In this document: positions 8,908 to 21,167 of the stretch, one piece after another
Layout of the letters: each line of letters begins with the position of its first letter
Numbering within the stretch: position 1 is the stretch's first letter
Assembly: GCA_017457425.1 (NCBI GenBank)
Contig: JAFTHM010000086.1
Location: forward strand, 1 to 34,412
Length of the DNA: 34,412 nt
DNA from: Alphaproteobacteria bacterium
GTDB taxonomy: Bacteria > Pseudomonadota > Alphaproteobacteria > CAAHEQ01 > UBA3637
Direction of reading: 5' to 3'
Notes under the pieces: model-generated
The model's database searches: none
Told to the model about the DNA's origin: nothing
The model's input: only the letters and a program-made list of their open reading frames with translations
Made by a program: the position numbers and the translations under genes

Positions 8908-9252
8908 TTAATCATCATACACGATGACATCTTCTACAACCGCCGATGTATCAGAAGATTTTGCCGGTGTATAGGTCAGCTCAATCCAATCATCTTCCTC
9001 TACCATTGGTTTATAGTAAGAGTCCCCTTTTTTATACATTTTTCCGTGTTTTTTCTTAGCATGTTTCATCATTTTTTTCTTGCGATACGTTGTATCATCC
9101 GTCAAAATCATTGTGGCTTGTTGCCCTGCATCCGTTTGAACGGTAATCATATTCCCTTCTTGTGAGACAACACGTCCTTTTGCGGTTTCGGCACTGGCTC
9201 CAAAGGCCACAAATAAAGCTGCCATGGCAACTGTCAAACATAATTTTTTCAT
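8908..9252 (-). CDS. Small secreted hypothetical protein (OB-fold-like beta strands with a Lys-rich insert)
   Basis: Signal peptide MKKLCLTVAMAALFVAFGASA; GGGG RBS before ATG at 9252. Confidence 0.75.
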   Translation of the reverse strand: MKKLCLTVAMAALFVAFGASAETAKGRVVSQEGNMITVQTDAGQQATMILTDDTTYRKKKMMKHAKKKHGKMYKKGDSYYKPMVEEDDWIELTYTPAKSSDTSAVVEDVIVYDD

Positions 9253-9413
9253 TGTTTCCCCCTTTTTTGTTATGTTAAACACATTTTTCACATAAGCGTT
9301 CTTTTAAGGGCGTGCAATACCGTTTAAAGCATAGTTTTACCCCCGATAAATTCATCACATAAAATCGCATTTTTTGCTTGAATTTATAAATTTTTTGGGC
9401 TAAAATCACACCC

Positions 9414-11627
9414 ATGACACAAACAGATTTAGAACAAATTAAAGAAACAAAATTGGCAGATGCTTTGTCTGAACGGTATTTGGCCTATGCCATGAGTACG
9501 ATTGTGGCACGGTCTTTACCGGACGTTCGGGACGGCTTAAAACCGGTACACAGACGGTTATTGTTTGCCATGCGTGGATTAAAATTGGACCCCGCTACAG
9601 GCTTTAAAAAATGCGCTCGTGTGGTCGGGGATGTGATTGGTAAATATCACCCTCACGGAGATACCGCCGTTTATGATGCTATGGTGCGTTTGGCACAAGA
9701 TTTTGCCGTGCGTTATCCGCTTGTGGACGGGCAAGGAAACTTTGGTAATATTGATGGGGACCGTGCCGCCGCTATGCGTTATACTGAGGCCAGATTAACC
9801 TCGGTTGCTATGGCGATTATGGACGGGTTAGACGACAATGCCGTTGATTTTGATAAAACCTATGACGGTACGGAAGACGAACCCTCCGTTATGCCTGCCG
9901 GATTTCCGAATTTACTTGCTAACGGTTCTAGTGGTATTGCCGTAGGTATGGCAACCAATATTCCGCCTCACAACGTTGGGGAAGTATGTGATGCCCTCAT
10001 CCATTTGATTAAACATCCGGAGGCTGATGTAGCCAAATTAATGGATTTTGTGTTGGGACCTGATTTTCCAACCGGCGGGTTGTTGGTGGAAAGCAAAGAA
10101 AGCCTCATCAAAACTTATACAACCGGTCGTGGGGCGATGAAGGTGCGTGCCAAATGGGAAAAAGAAGAATTATCCCAAGGCCGTTATCAAATCGTCATTA
10201 CTGAAATTCCGTATCAAGTTCAAAAATCCGACTTGATTATGAAAATTGCCAAATTATTGGCTGAGAAAAAATTACCGCTACTGGCCGATGTGCGTGATGA
10301 ATCGGCCGAAAATGTGCGTATTGTGTTGGAACCGAAATCTCGTTCAGTGCAACCGGAACAATTAATGGAACATCTGTTTAAATTTACGGATTTGCAAGTT
10401 AATTTCAACTTGAACATGAACGTGTTGGATGCCGATCATACCCCCAGAGTCATGAGTTTAAAAGAGGTCTTACAAGCCTTTTTAAAACATCGTGAAATCG
10501 TTCTAATTCGCCGTTCCAATTATCGGTTAGATAAAATCCGTCATCGTATGGAATTGTTGCAAGGTTTCATCTTGGCCTACCTCAATTTAGACCGTATTAT
10601 TGAAATCATTCGCAACGAAGATGAACCCAAACCCATTATGATTGAGGAATTCAGTCTCAGCGAAGTTCAAGCCGAAGCCATTTTAAATATGCGTTTACGG
10701 TCTTTACGTAAATTGGAAGAAGAACAATTGCGCCGTGAATTTGAAGATTTGGCTTTGGAGAAAGCCGGCCTTGAAACAATGCTGAGTGATGAAGGATTGC
10801 GTTTCAAAAAATTATCCGAAGAAATTTCGCTCATCAAAAAACAATTCGGACAAAAAACGGAACTTGGTGCCAGACGTACGGTTGTAGCCGATGCTCCGAT
10901 TGATATTGATGTGCCGATTGAAGCGATGGTTGAAAAAGAACCCATTACGGTTGTATTATCAAAACTCGGCTGGATTCGTGCGTTAAAAGGGCATACCAAC
11001 ATATCCGATTTGAAATTTAAAGAAGGCGATAAGATGAAATTATCGCTGACAACCTACACAACGGATAATATCTTGTTCTTTGCCACAAATGGGCGTTTCT
11101 ATACGCTTCTTGGTGATAAAATCAGTGGTGGTCGAGGCTTTGGTGAACCCATTCGTTTATCCATTGATTTACCGCAAGATGCCGATATAATCGCTATGTT
11201 TGTGTATAAACCAGATGAAAACCTATTTGTCGCCTCATCAAAGGGTAAAGGCTTTATCGTTGCTGCTAAAGATGTGATTGCTCAAACACGGGCCGGTAAA
11301 ATCATTATGAACATAACGGATGATAAAGCTATTTTGTGTACGCCGGCTAACGGTAATCATGTCGCCGTTATTGGTACAAACCGTAAAATGGTGGTCTTTA
11401 AGGCCGAAGAAATTCCGACCATGGCCAGAGGCAGTGGCGTTATCTTGCAAAAATATGCCGGCGCCACGTTGTCTGACGTCAAATTCTTTAATGTAGAGGA
11501 TGGTTTAGCTTTCCCATCAGGAAATGGCACACGTATTGAACGGGATATTACACCATGGCTTGCCAGACGAGCAACGGTCGGTAAAATTCCACCGGTCGGA
11601 TTCCCACGTTCCAATAAATTTAAATAG
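9414..11627 (+). CDS. parC: DNA topoisomerase IV subunit A
   Basis: [50 protein letters not shown]; 737 aa; no GyrA box seen. Confidence 0.95.
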   Translation: MTQTDLEQIKETKLADALSERYLAYAMSTIVARSLPDVRDGLKPVHRRLLFAMRGLKLDPATGFKKCARVVGDVIGKYHPHGDTAVYDAMVRLAQDFAVRYPLVDGQGNFGNIDGDRAAAMRYTEARLTSVAMAIMDGLDDNAVDFDKTYDGTEDEPSVMPAGFPNLLANGSSGIAVGMATNIPPHNVGEVCDALIHLIKHPEADVAKLMDFVLGPDFPTGGLLVESKESLIKTYTTGRGAMKVRAKWEKEELSQGRYQIVITEIPYQVQKSDLIMKIAKLLAEKKLPLLADVRDESAENVRIVLEPKSRSVQPEQLMEHLFKFTDLQVNFNLNMNVLDADHTPRVMSLKEVLQAFLKHREIVLIRRSNYRLDKIRHRMELLQGFILAYLNLDRIIEIIRNEDEPKPIMIEEFSLSEVQAEAILNMRLRSLRKLEEEQLRREFEDLALEKAGLETMLSDEGLRFKKLSEEISLIKKQFGQKTELGARRTVVADAPIDIDVPIEAMVEKEPITVVLSKLGWIRALKGHTNISDLKFKEGDKMKLSLTTYTTDNILFFATNGRFYTLLGDKISGGRGFGEPIRLSIDLPQDADIIAMFVYKPDENLFVASSKGKGFIVAAKDVIAQTRAGKIIMNITDDKAILCTPANGNHVAVIGTNRKMVVFKAEEIPTMARGSGVILQKYAGATLSDVKFFNVEDGLAFPSGNGTRIERDITPWLARRATVGKIPPVGFPRSNKFK

Positions 11628-11636
11628 GAGAAAATT

Positions 11637-12122
11637 ATGTCCGATACCTCCCTATCCGGTCATATCAGAACAGCTACCTTAGATGATGTCCCCACAATTT
11701 TAAAGCTTATCAACGGACACGCTAAAAAGGGATTAATGTTGATGAAATCACCCGTTGATATTTATCATAATATTTTTAACTTTGTCGTCTTTGAAACAGA
11801 TGGAAAAGTGGTTGGATGTTCCAGATTATCCGTTTTATGGAAAGATATCGGAGAGGTAGCCTCTTTGGCCGTATCGGATAATTATAAACGCCGTGGCATT
11901 GGGAAACTGTTGGTTAATGCGTGTTTGGATAAAGCAAAAAATATTGGTCTGCCTCAAGTTTTTACACTGACCTATCAAGTGGACTTTTTCAAAAACTGTG
12001 GGTTTAAAAAAGTAAAAAAGGAGACACTGCCCTACAAAGTTTTTGGTGATTGTTTAAAATGTCCAAAGGTAGAATGTTGTGATGAAACGGCGATGCTGTA
12101 CACAATTAATACAGCTAATTAG
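11637..12122 (+). CDS. GNAT N-acetyltransferase (short ArgA-like)
   Basis: EVASLAV...RRGIGKLLV...VFTLTYQVDFF...LPYKVFGDCLKCPKVECCDE. Confidence 0.85.
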   Translation: MSDTSLSGHIRTATLDDVPTILKLINGHAKKGLMLMKSPVDIYHNIFNFVVFETDGKVVGCSRLSVLWKDIGEVASLAVSDNYKRRGIGKLLVNACLDKAKNIGLPQVFTLTYQVDFFKNCGFKKVKKETLPYKVFGDCLKCPKVECCDETAMLYTINTAN

Positions 12123-12426
12123 TTTTTAGCTTGCCACATATGTTCTAAAGCATAATAGTCACGCGTTTCTTCGGTAAAAAGATGCACAATAACATCACCG
12201 GTATCCACAACAACCCAATTACCATCAGAATTTTTGCCCTCTATATAAGCCGAATATCCGTTCATTTTTAATTCTTTTGCTAAATTATCGGCCAATGCCA
12301 TCACATGACGGGTAGATGTTCCGGTTGCGATAATAAGATAATCGGCAAAACCTGCACGACCTGTCAAATTAATTTTGATGAGATCTAAGGCTTTGCCGTT
12401 ATCTAAACAGTCAAAGATAAAATCAA

Positions 12427-12430
<4 letters not shown>
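12119..12430 (-). CDS. rsfS: Ribosome silencing factor RsfS; start codon unresolved
   Basis: Frame is open from 12436 and reads [43 protein letters not shown]...[14 protein letters not shown]...[10 protein letters not shown]. Confidence 0.9.
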
Positions 12431-13990
<1,560 letters not shown>

Positions 13991-14177
13991 TCACCTTTTT
14001 CATTTACCTTTTATAATTAAAAAAAAATCTTGTCAACATACTTTCGTAAAAAAATTATTTTTTTTATCTATTTTTCAATTATTTTACGTTTAATATTTGG
14101 CACCTTCACAAAAAATATCTCTCTTGACATTATATTCTTTTTAATAGTATGCTTTAGGTTAGAAAGGATATTTGACT

Positions 14178-14741
14178 ATGACAAAAATTGCTATTTGGTG
14201 TCGCCATACAAACGATAATATTATCGGTATTGGACCCAATATTCCTTGGCATATTTCATCTGATTTCAAACGTTTTAAACGCATTACATCCGGTCATCAT
14301 TTAGTCGCCGGACAAACAACATATGAAAGCTTTCCGAACAGAACTTTGCCAAACAGAAAATTACATGTTTTAACTTTTGAAAAAGATTATCAAGTTTCCG
14401 ATTCAGACAATCATTTTGTACACACAGATTATCATGATTTTGATGCGTTTAATCATGATTTATTCATTGTCGGCGGTGCCAGTATTTATAAGTTATTTAT
14501 GGCTGATGAAACAGCTATGCCGGACATTATTATTGATTCGGAATACTTACCGGATTTAAGTACTGAATTCTCCGGTATGCCCGTCAATATCACCCCTTGT
14601 ATTGAAGCCATGCGATTGCATTATGAACCAATCGGAACTCCACAAAGATTAGACGATATTATCACAACTGTCTGGGTTAAAAAAGGCATTCAAACACCAA
14701 AAATTTTAGAACACATTTTAAACGCCATTCACCAACAATAA
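14178..14741 (+). CDS. folA: Dihydrofolate reductase (divergent)
   Basis: [23 protein letters not shown]...TYESF...LPNR...IVGGASIY; immediately upstream of thyA. Confidence 0.88.
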   Translation: MTKIAIWCRHTNDNIIGIGPNIPWHISSDFKRFKRITSGHHLVAGQTTYESFPNRTLPNRKLHVLTFEKDYQVSDSDNHFVHTDYHDFDAFNHDLFIVGGASIYKLFMADETAMPDIIIDSEYLPDLSTEFSGMPVNITPCIEAMRLHYEPIGTPQRLDDIITTVWVKKGIQTPKILEHILNAIHQQ

Positions 14742-14754
14742 GAAAGGACATATT

Positions 14755-15555
14755 ATGGAACAAGCAATGGAACAACTATACTTAGATGTACTGAAAGACA
14801 TTTTACAAAACGGTACCGATAAAACAGACAGAACCGGCGTCGGTACACGCAGTGTTTTTATTCGCCAAATGCGTTTTGATTTAAGTAAAGGTTTTCCGCT
14901 TATCACCACAAAAAAAGTCCATCTTAAAAGTATCATTCACGAATTATTGTGGTTTATTAAGGGCGAAACAAATATTAAATATTTAAAAGACAACGGTGTT
15001 ACCATTTGGGATGAATGGGCCGACGAAAACGGCGATTTAGGACCGGTCTACGGATATCAATGGCGGAATTGGAACGGAGATGGCATTGATCAATTAGGTA
15101 ATTTAATTGAACGCATTAAAACAAAACCAAATGACAGACGTTTAATTTTAACGGCATGGAATCCATCCCAAGTGGATAAAATGAAATTACCACCGTGTCA
15201 TATGATGTGCCAATTTTATGTCGCAAACGGTAAATTATCTTGCCATTTATATCAACGCAGTTGCGATATGTTTTTGGGCGTTCCGTTTAATATTGCCTCA
15301 TATGCCCTGTTAACCATGATGATGGCTCAAGTATGTGGATTAGGATATGGCGAATTTATTCATACATTGGGTGATGCCCATATTTACAACAATCACTTTG
15401 ATCAAGTCAAAGAACAATTAACCCGCACACCTTATCCGGCTCCTCAAATGAAAATCAATCCAAATGTCAAAGATATTAATGATTTTGTGTATGAAGATTT
15501 TACGTTAGAAAATTATCAATGTCATCCAACAATTAAAGCACCCGTTGCGGTATAA
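14755..15555 (+). CDS. thyA: Thymidylate synthase
   Basis: [38 protein letters not shown], terminal IKAPVAV. Confidence 0.98.
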   Translation: MEQAMEQLYLDVLKDILQNGTDKTDRTGVGTRSVFIRQMRFDLSKGFPLITTKKVHLKSIIHELLWFIKGETNIKYLKDNGVTIWDEWADENGDLGPVYGYQWRNWNGDGIDQLGNLIERIKTKPNDRRLILTAWNPSQVDKMKLPPCHMMCQFYVANGKLSCHLYQRSCDMFLGVPFNIASYALLTMMMAQVCGLGYGEFIHTLGDAHIYNNHFDQVKEQLTRTPYPAPQMKINPNVKDINDFVYEDFTLENYQCHPTIKAPVAV

Positions 15556-15560
15556 AGATG

Positions 15561-15589
15561 AAACGGAAGGCTGTTCCTTCCGTTTTTTT
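15561..15589 (+). terminator. thyA terminator
   Basis: AAACGGAAGG-ctgtt-CCTTCCGTTTTTTT. Confidence 0.85.
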
Positions 15590-15639
15590 ACATAAAAAAG
15601 GATAGACTTTTAAAAAATTGTATGCTAACCTATATATGC
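15581..15639 (+). repeat. 59-bp promoter block identical to the reverse complement of 22084-22142
   Basis: CGTTTTTTTACATAAAAAAGGATAGACTTTTAAAAAATTGTATGCTAACCTATATATGC; contains TAGACT-17-TAACCT with an extended -10 TG. Confidence 0.92.
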
Positions 15640-15830
15640 ATTCGGCATGATACCGAATGTGGAGGGCTCAAAACCTCCTCAAAGACGCCCTATCGCATGG
15701 GGCTTCCTCCAATTATGCGACTTCCGTCATGGCTGGAAGGTGGTAGAATAGCCCTAGGTCAATATACCACACTATTTCTTTGAGTAGTTTTGAGCTTCCA
15801 GCCACTCTTTTTTTAAGTGTGGCCTTTTTC
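15638..15830 (+). ncRNA. Structured RNA family copy 2 (orphan, no downstream CDS)
   Basis: GCATTCGG/CCGAATGT; GGAGG-loop-CCTCC; CTCAAAGA/TCTTTGAG; GTGGTA/TACCAC. CTCAAAAC and GGCTGGAAG pair with GTTTTGAG-CTTCCAGCC (15787-15803). GCCAC/GTGGC hairpin plus Ts. Confidence 0.78.
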
Positions 15831-15878
15831 TTAAAAAAACAGGTGCCTCTAAACACCTGAAAAAAAATTAAATGAACG

Positions 15879-15908
15879 AAAACGGATACTGTGACGGTAT
15901 CCGTTTTT
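15879..15908. terminator. Bidirectional terminator between RNA copy 2 and nagB
   Basis: AAAACGGATAC-tgtgacg-GTATCCGTTTTT. Confidence 0.8.
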
Positions 15909-15933
15909 ATATTTGAATAATATGGGGCTATGC

Positions 15934-16671
15934 CTATTTTATAGCCGCTTTATCGCACACAAATTCGGCATATTCGTGATTTTGCAACATACTGGCCGGA
16001 CAGTTGACTGATACGGGGGCTTGTGTAGCCAAACGAATGGCCTCGGCTTTTTTAGGGCCGGTCGCCAATACAATCACACGGCGTGCGTCAAAAATGGTTT
16101 TGAGTCCGATTGTAACGGCCCGAGTTGGTACGTCTTCTATTTTATCAAAAAATCTGGCATTTGCCTGAATCGTGCTTTGTGTTAAGCTTTGTTCATGTGT
16201 CGGCGTATCAAACGGCGTATTTGGTTCATTAAAGGCTAAATGCCCATTTTCACCAATACCGGCCAATTGAATATCTATTCCACCGGCGTTTTGAATAGCC
16301 ATTTCATACGCTCGGCAAAATGCGGGAATATCATCGGCCATACCATCCGGAATATTGATATTTTCGGGATGAATATCCACATGCTTAAATAAGTTTTCTT
16401 GCATAAAATAATGATAACTTTGCGGATGATCCGGCGTTAATCCGACATACTCATCCATATTAAAGGTTTTAACGTTTTTAAATGAAATATCGCCATTGTT
16501 ATAGGCTTGCACCAATCGTTCGTAAACCGGTATGGGTGTGGATCCCGTGGGCAATCCCAAAACTAAATAGGGTTTTGCCTCGGTCGGTACAAATGTTTTA
16601 ATGGCCTTTATCATTTCACCGGCGGCATAGTCGACTACTTCGGATACTGTTTCAAATGATATAACTTTCAT
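15934..16671 (-). CDS. nagB: Glucosamine-6-phosphate deaminase
   Basis: LVLGLPTGSTP, TFNMDEYVGL, GIGENGHLAFNEP, ANARFF. Confidence 0.96.
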   Translation of the reverse strand: MKVISFETVSEVVDYAAGEMIKAIKTFVPTEAKPYLVLGLPTGSTPIPVYERLVQAYNNGDISFKNVKTFNMDEYVGLTPDHPQSYHYFMQENLFKHVDIHPENINIPDGMADDIPAFCRAYEMAIQNAGGIDIQLAGIGENGHLAFNEPNTPFDTPTHEQSLTQSTIQANARFFDKIEDVPTRAVTIGLKTIFDARRVIVLATGPKKAEAIRLATQAPVSVNCPASMLQNHEYAEFVCDKAAIK

Positions 16672-16809
16672 GAACTCTCCTTTCGTTTTTTGACAGTATA
16701 ATTAATCTGATGCAGTTATGCAAGCACCCATATAAACCTTTTGCCGTATTTTCTTTATTTTTAAAATATGCTTTCTTATAGACTGAATGATTTTTCAAAA
16801 GGGGGACAA

Positions 16810-17961
16810 ATGAAAAAAATATTCTTATCGGGTGTGATGTGTTTACTGTGTGTACCGGCTTTGGCAGATACGCATGAAGCAAAATCCATTGCCCAAAAAT
16901 ACAATGATTTTAAACAAGAATTACAAGATAAAATAGGTTTATCTTATTCTGTAGATGTGTCGGCTTTGATGCAACGAGGCGCTCCAAATGGCAAAGGAAC
17001 AGCATGGCAAACCATGTATTATGGTGAAGCCAACTGGGATATGTTTAACAGCGATACATTTGGGGCCGGGTCTGTACAGATAGCTTATAACGCCGTACGG
17101 TATTGGGGCAAAAGTGCAACGTATGTTGGCAACCGAATCGGTGTAATTACGGATATCAATGATTACCCAAGCAATTCCAATGAATTTGACCAGCTCAGTT
17201 ATACACACCAATTTCCCGGCAAGATGAAATGGTTATCACTTACACTGGGTCAATTTCCAATTTACAATTTTGACGGTAGTGCCTATTTGGCCAATCAACA
17301 AACGAACTTTTTAAATTATGCTTTATCGCAAAATGGGTCATCCACTTATCCAACCGCCAGTTTAGGGGCCTATGCCACAATTACTCCGAATAACGAATGG
17401 TCATTCAGTGTTGGTATGCAAGATGCGCATAACATAGACGGCGAAACCATTTCTTCCAATAAATTCGGTAAAGGCAAATATACATCCTTTGCCAGTGTCA
17501 GCTATACCCCGACCGACAAAAACGGCAACCAAAACCAATACAGTTTGATGGTATATAATCAACCGAGTGTTCCTCAACAACCGGGGACCAGCAATGGATG
17601 GAGTGTGAACTTTTTGCAATATTTAACGGATAAATTTGCCGTAACAGGACGTGTTAATGGAGCTAGTAATTCCCCCGAAACCATTAAGCAATCTTATGTG
17701 TTAGGTGTTGTTTACAATAATCCCTTCAATCGCAACAAGTTAGACCAAATCGGATTTGCCGGAGCCGTTAATAAACTCAATAAATCCGTCAACGGTGCGG
17801 GAACTCGGTCGGTTGAAAATGTGCTAGAGGCCTACTATGCTTTTGGTCTGTCCGATTTTATGACTATTACGCCGGATATCCAATTTTATATTAACCCCGG
17901 TGATAACCAAAAATCCAATACAGCTACCGTGGCATCGGTCCGAGCCACTATGATGTTCTAA
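16810..17961 (+). CDS. Carbohydrate-selective porin (OprB-like)
   Basis: Signal peptide MKKIFL...PALA; ANQQTNFLN; LEAYY...ITPDIQFYINP; terminal Phe. Confidence 0.82.
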   Translation: MKKIFLSGVMCLLCVPALADTHEAKSIAQKYNDFKQELQDKIGLSYSVDVSALMQRGAPNGKGTAWQTMYYGEANWDMFNSDTFGAGSVQIAYNAVRYWGKSATYVGNRIGVITDINDYPSNSNEFDQLSYTHQFPGKMKWLSLTLGQFPIYNFDGSAYLANQQTNFLNYALSQNGSSTYPTASLGAYATITPNNEWSFSVGMQDAHNIDGETISSNKFGKGKYTSFASVSYTPTDKNGNQNQYSLMVYNQPSVPQQPGTSNGWSVNFLQYLTDKFAVTGRVNGASNSPETIKQSYVLGVVYNNPFNRNKLDQIGFAGAVNKLNKSVNGAGTRSVENVLEAYYAFGLSDFMTITPDIQFYINPGDNQKSNTATVASVRATMMF

Positions 17962-17976
17962 AAAGGACCAGCATTT

Positions 17977-18009
17977 AAAAACCTCTGGCAATTTGTCAGA
18001 GTTTTTTTT
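17977..18009. terminator. Terminator between the porin gene and a convergent gene
   Basis: AAAAAC-CTCTGGCA-att-TGTCAGAG-TTTTTTTT. Confidence 0.75.
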
Positions 18010-18033
18010 ATATCCGTCCGAAAAGCATAGCGC

Positions 18034-18540
18034 TTACTCTTGTCGTTCGTTTTGAGATGAATTACCACTGCCTACTGTGGTCGGATAAGAACACACCTGA
18101 CGAATATGGTTGCATCTTTCTTGAACCGCCGCCATTTTTTGTTGTACAGTCCGTACCTGTTGTTGATATTCGGGAGAATTTCTAACTTCTTGTATAGCGT
18201 TAGCCACTTCCGGATTTTCATGTTCCATTTTGCGTACAGCCTTTGATATATCACGGCTAACACGGTGCATATCCCCCATTATGGCTTGAAAATCTTCTCT
18301 TAAGCCCCCGACAGATGATTGACGTTTTTTATAGCTAGGTAAACCATCGTTTTCCCCAATATCCTTAGGTTCTTGATAAGGTCTAGGTCGGTACTCTCCA
18401 AAAGTGATAACGCAGGCCAATCCTTCAAAAAACGGATGAAGCTGTTTATCAATAAAACGACATACTTTCAAAATTGCAGGGCCGTATTTTTCACAAAAAC
18501 GATCCAATAATGAGGGGCGAGGTCTTCTTCTTTTTTTCAT
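18034..18540 (-). CDS. Hypothetical protein (basic N-terminus, helical C-terminal half)
   Basis: 168-aa ORF with an AAGGAG RBS; no recognisable family. Confidence 0.7.
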   Translation of the reverse strand: MKKRRRPRPSLLDRFCEKYGPAILKVCRFIDKQLHPFFEGLACVITFGEYRPRPYQEPKDIGENDGLPSYKKRQSSVGGLREDFQAIMGDMHRVSRDISKAVRKMEHENPEVANAIQEVRNSPEYQQQVRTVQQKMAAVQERCNHIRQVCSYPTTVGSGNSSQNERQE

Positions 18541-18662
18541 ATTTTCTCCTTTGAAAAAGGATATAATAAAATCTTTAAAAAATCAACAAAAAAACTTTGC
18601 TTTTTTGAAAAAAAACTGTATAATGCCGAATATTATTTGACTAACATAAAAAGGAAAAACAA

Positions 18663-21167
18663 ATGTCTGAATATAATCATCTTGAAATTGAACAAAAATG
18701 GCAAAAATATTGGGATGAACACAAATCATTTCATGTTGAAATTGATAAATCCAAACCAAAATATTATTCGTTGGTGATGTTTCCGTATCCGTCCGGTGCC
18801 GGATTACACGTCGGACATGCCGAAAACTACACGATTTCAGATATTATGTCCCGTTATAAACGGATGCGTGGTTTTAACGTATTGCAACCAATGGGATGGG
18901 ATGCTTTCGGATTGCCGACAGAACGATATGCCGAACGTAGTGGATTGCATCCGGCCGAAGTAACATCACAAAATGCCGATGTATTTCGCACACAATTAAA
19001 GGCTATGGGACTTTCCTATGATTGGGACAGAGAAATCAATACAACAGACCCAAGCTATTACAAATGGACACAATACATTTTTAAAATTTTGTTTGATAAA
19101 GGGTTGGCATACGAAGTTATCACTCCTGTAAATTGGTGCCCGAAACTGGGAACTGTTTTGGCTAATGAAGAGGTCAAGGACGGCAAATATGTGGAAACGG
19201 GTGATGAAGTGATTAAAAAACCCATGCGTCAATGGATGTTGAAAATCACAGCCTATGCCGAAAGATTGTTGCAAGACATTGATAAATTGGATTGGCCGGA
19301 AGGCATCAAAACCATGCAACGTGAATGGATTGGTAAATCCACCGGTGCCGATGTGAATTTTAAAGTGGCCGGAACCAATGCCGAATTTACGGTCTATACA
19401 ACTCGTCCGGATACGTTATTTGGGGCAACATACTGTGTGTTGGCTCCGGAACATGCTCTTGTGAAAGAAATTACCACAGATGACAGACGTGCCGAGGTTG
19501 AAAAATACGTTGAGGAGGCCGGCAAAAAATCCGCTCAAGACCGTATGGCTGAGGCTAAAGAGAAAACAGGTGCTTTTACAGGGGCTTATGCCATTAACCC
19601 GTTAAACGGTACACAAATCCCTATTTACATTGCCGACTATGTGCTTGGCGATTACGGATATGGAGCCATTATGGCAGTGCCGGCTCACGACCAACGGGAC
19701 TATGACTTTGCGAAAAAATTCAATATTCCAATCATTCAAGTGATTGAAGGTGGCGATATTTCCAAAGAGGCACACGAAGGCGATGGTGCTTTAATCAACT
19801 CAGAATGGTTGAACGGATTACATGTTAAAGAATCCAAAGCCAAAATGATTGAATGGTTAGAGGCCAACGGTGTTGGTAAAGGAACCGTCAACTATAAACT
19901 GCGGGATTGGTTGTTTGCGCGTCAACGTTATTGGGGTGAACCGTTCCCGATTATTCATTGTGAAGACGGCACAATTAAATCTTTACCGATGGAAGATTTG
20001 CCGGTCTTATTGCCACCGATGGCCGATTTCAGACCAACGGCAGACGGTGAACCGCCCCTCGCCCGTCAAACTCAGTGGGTGGAAACAATTGATAAAGAAA
20101 CGGGAAAACCGGCTAAACGTGAAACGAACACAATGCCTCAATGGGCCGGTTCCAGCTGGTATTTCTTGCGTTACTGCGACCCACATAATGATACGGCTTT
20201 TGTCAGCAAAGAAGCCGACGAGTACTGGATGCCGGTTGATTTATATGTCGGTGGTGTAGAACACGCCGTATTACACTTGCTGTATGCTCGTTTCTGGCAA
20301 AAGGTATTGTTTGATGCCGGTTTGGTCTCTACGGATGAACCGTTCCAACGCCTTGTCAACCAAGGGATGATTTTGGCTTATTCTTACCGTGATGATAACG
20401 GCAAATACTACTATCCGAAAGATGTGGAACGCCGTGGAAATGATTGGTATGTTAAAGGAACAGACACCCGTGTGAATACGCAAGTGGAAAAAATGAGTAA
20501 ATCACGTTATAACGTTGTTAATCCGGATGATGTGGCCAAAGAATTTGGTGCCGATTCCATGCGTTTATACTTGATGTTTATGGGACCGATTGAGGCCGAA
20601 AAGCCTTGGGCCTCTGATGGTATTAACGGTGTTAATCGTTTCTTAAAACGCACTTGGAATGTGTTTGAAACAGACGGTAAAATTGCCGAAACGGGCGATG
20701 AGGCTTTAACAAAATTAATGCATAAAACCATTAAAGGTATTACCGCCGATATGGAAGCTTTGTCCTATAATACGGCGATTGCCAAATTAATGGAGTTTTT
20801 AAATGCCGTTTATAAATCCGATAAACCGGTTTCTAAGGCCGATATGGAATCTTTTGTATTGATGTTGGCTCCTCAAGCCCCACATATTGCAGAAGAATTG
20901 TGGGAACGTCTGGGACATACTGACTCTTTGACTTATGCGCCATGGCCGACATATGATGAAGCCATGACTCAAGATAACGAAATGGAAATCGTTGTTCAGG
21001 TGTTGGGCAAAAAACGGGCCAATATTATGGTGGCTACAAATGCAACAAAAGAAGATGTTTTGGCCGCAGCCAAAGCCAATGAAAACGTTGCCACTCATTT
21101 AAACGGCAAAGAGATTGTCAAAGAAATCTATGTGCCAAATCGCTTAGTGAACTTTGTGGTGAAATAG
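18663..21167 (+). CDS. leuS: Leucine--tRNA ligase
   Basis: MFPYPSGAGLHVGH (HIGH), YTTRPDTLFG editing domain, KMSKS. Confidence 0.98.
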   Translation: MSEYNHLEIEQKWQKYWDEHKSFHVEIDKSKPKYYSLVMFPYPSGAGLHVGHAENYTISDIMSRYKRMRGFNVLQPMGWDAFGLPTERYAERSGLHPAEVTSQNADVFRTQLKAMGLSYDWDREINTTDPSYYKWTQYIFKILFDKGLAYEVITPVNWCPKLGTVLANEEVKDGKYVETGDEVIKKPMRQWMLKITAYAERLLQDIDKLDWPEGIKTMQREWIGKSTGADVNFKVAGTNAEFTVYTTRPDTLFGATYCVLAPEHALVKEITTDDRRAEVEKYVEEAGKKSAQDRMAEAKEKTGAFTGAYAINPLNGTQIPIYIADYVLGDYGYGAIMAVPAHDQRDYDFAKKFNIPIIQVIEGGDISKEAHEGDGALINSEWLNGLHVKESKAKMIEWLEANGVGKGTVNYKLRDWLFARQRYWGEPFPIIHCEDGTIKSLPMEDLPVLLPPMADFRPTADGEPPLARQTQWVETIDKETGKPAKRETNTMPQWAGSSWYFLRYCDPHNDTAFVSKEADEYWMPVDLYVGGVEHAVLHLLYARFWQKVLFDAGLVSTDEPFQRLVNQGMILAYSYRDDNGKYYYPKDVERRGNDWYVKGTDTRVNTQVEKMSKSRYNVVNPDDVAKEFGADSMRLYLMFMGPIEAEKPWASDGINGVNRFLKRTWNVFETDGKIAETGDEALTKLMHKTIKGITADMEALSYNTAIAKLMEFLNAVYKSDKPVSKADMESFVLMLAPQAPHIAEELWERLGHTDSLTYAPWPTYDEAMTQDNEMEIVVQVLGKKRANIMVATNATKEDVLAAAKANENVATHLNGKEIVKEIYVPNRLVNFVVK

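Noticed and set aside
9648-9675. ParC QRDR reads HPHGDTAVY (Thr at the usual Ser position)
   Set aside because: This position varies naturally among lineages, so resistance cannot be inferred.
15872-15916. 14-codon ORF downstream of RNA copy 2
   Set aside because: No RBS, and it runs through the terminator hairpin.
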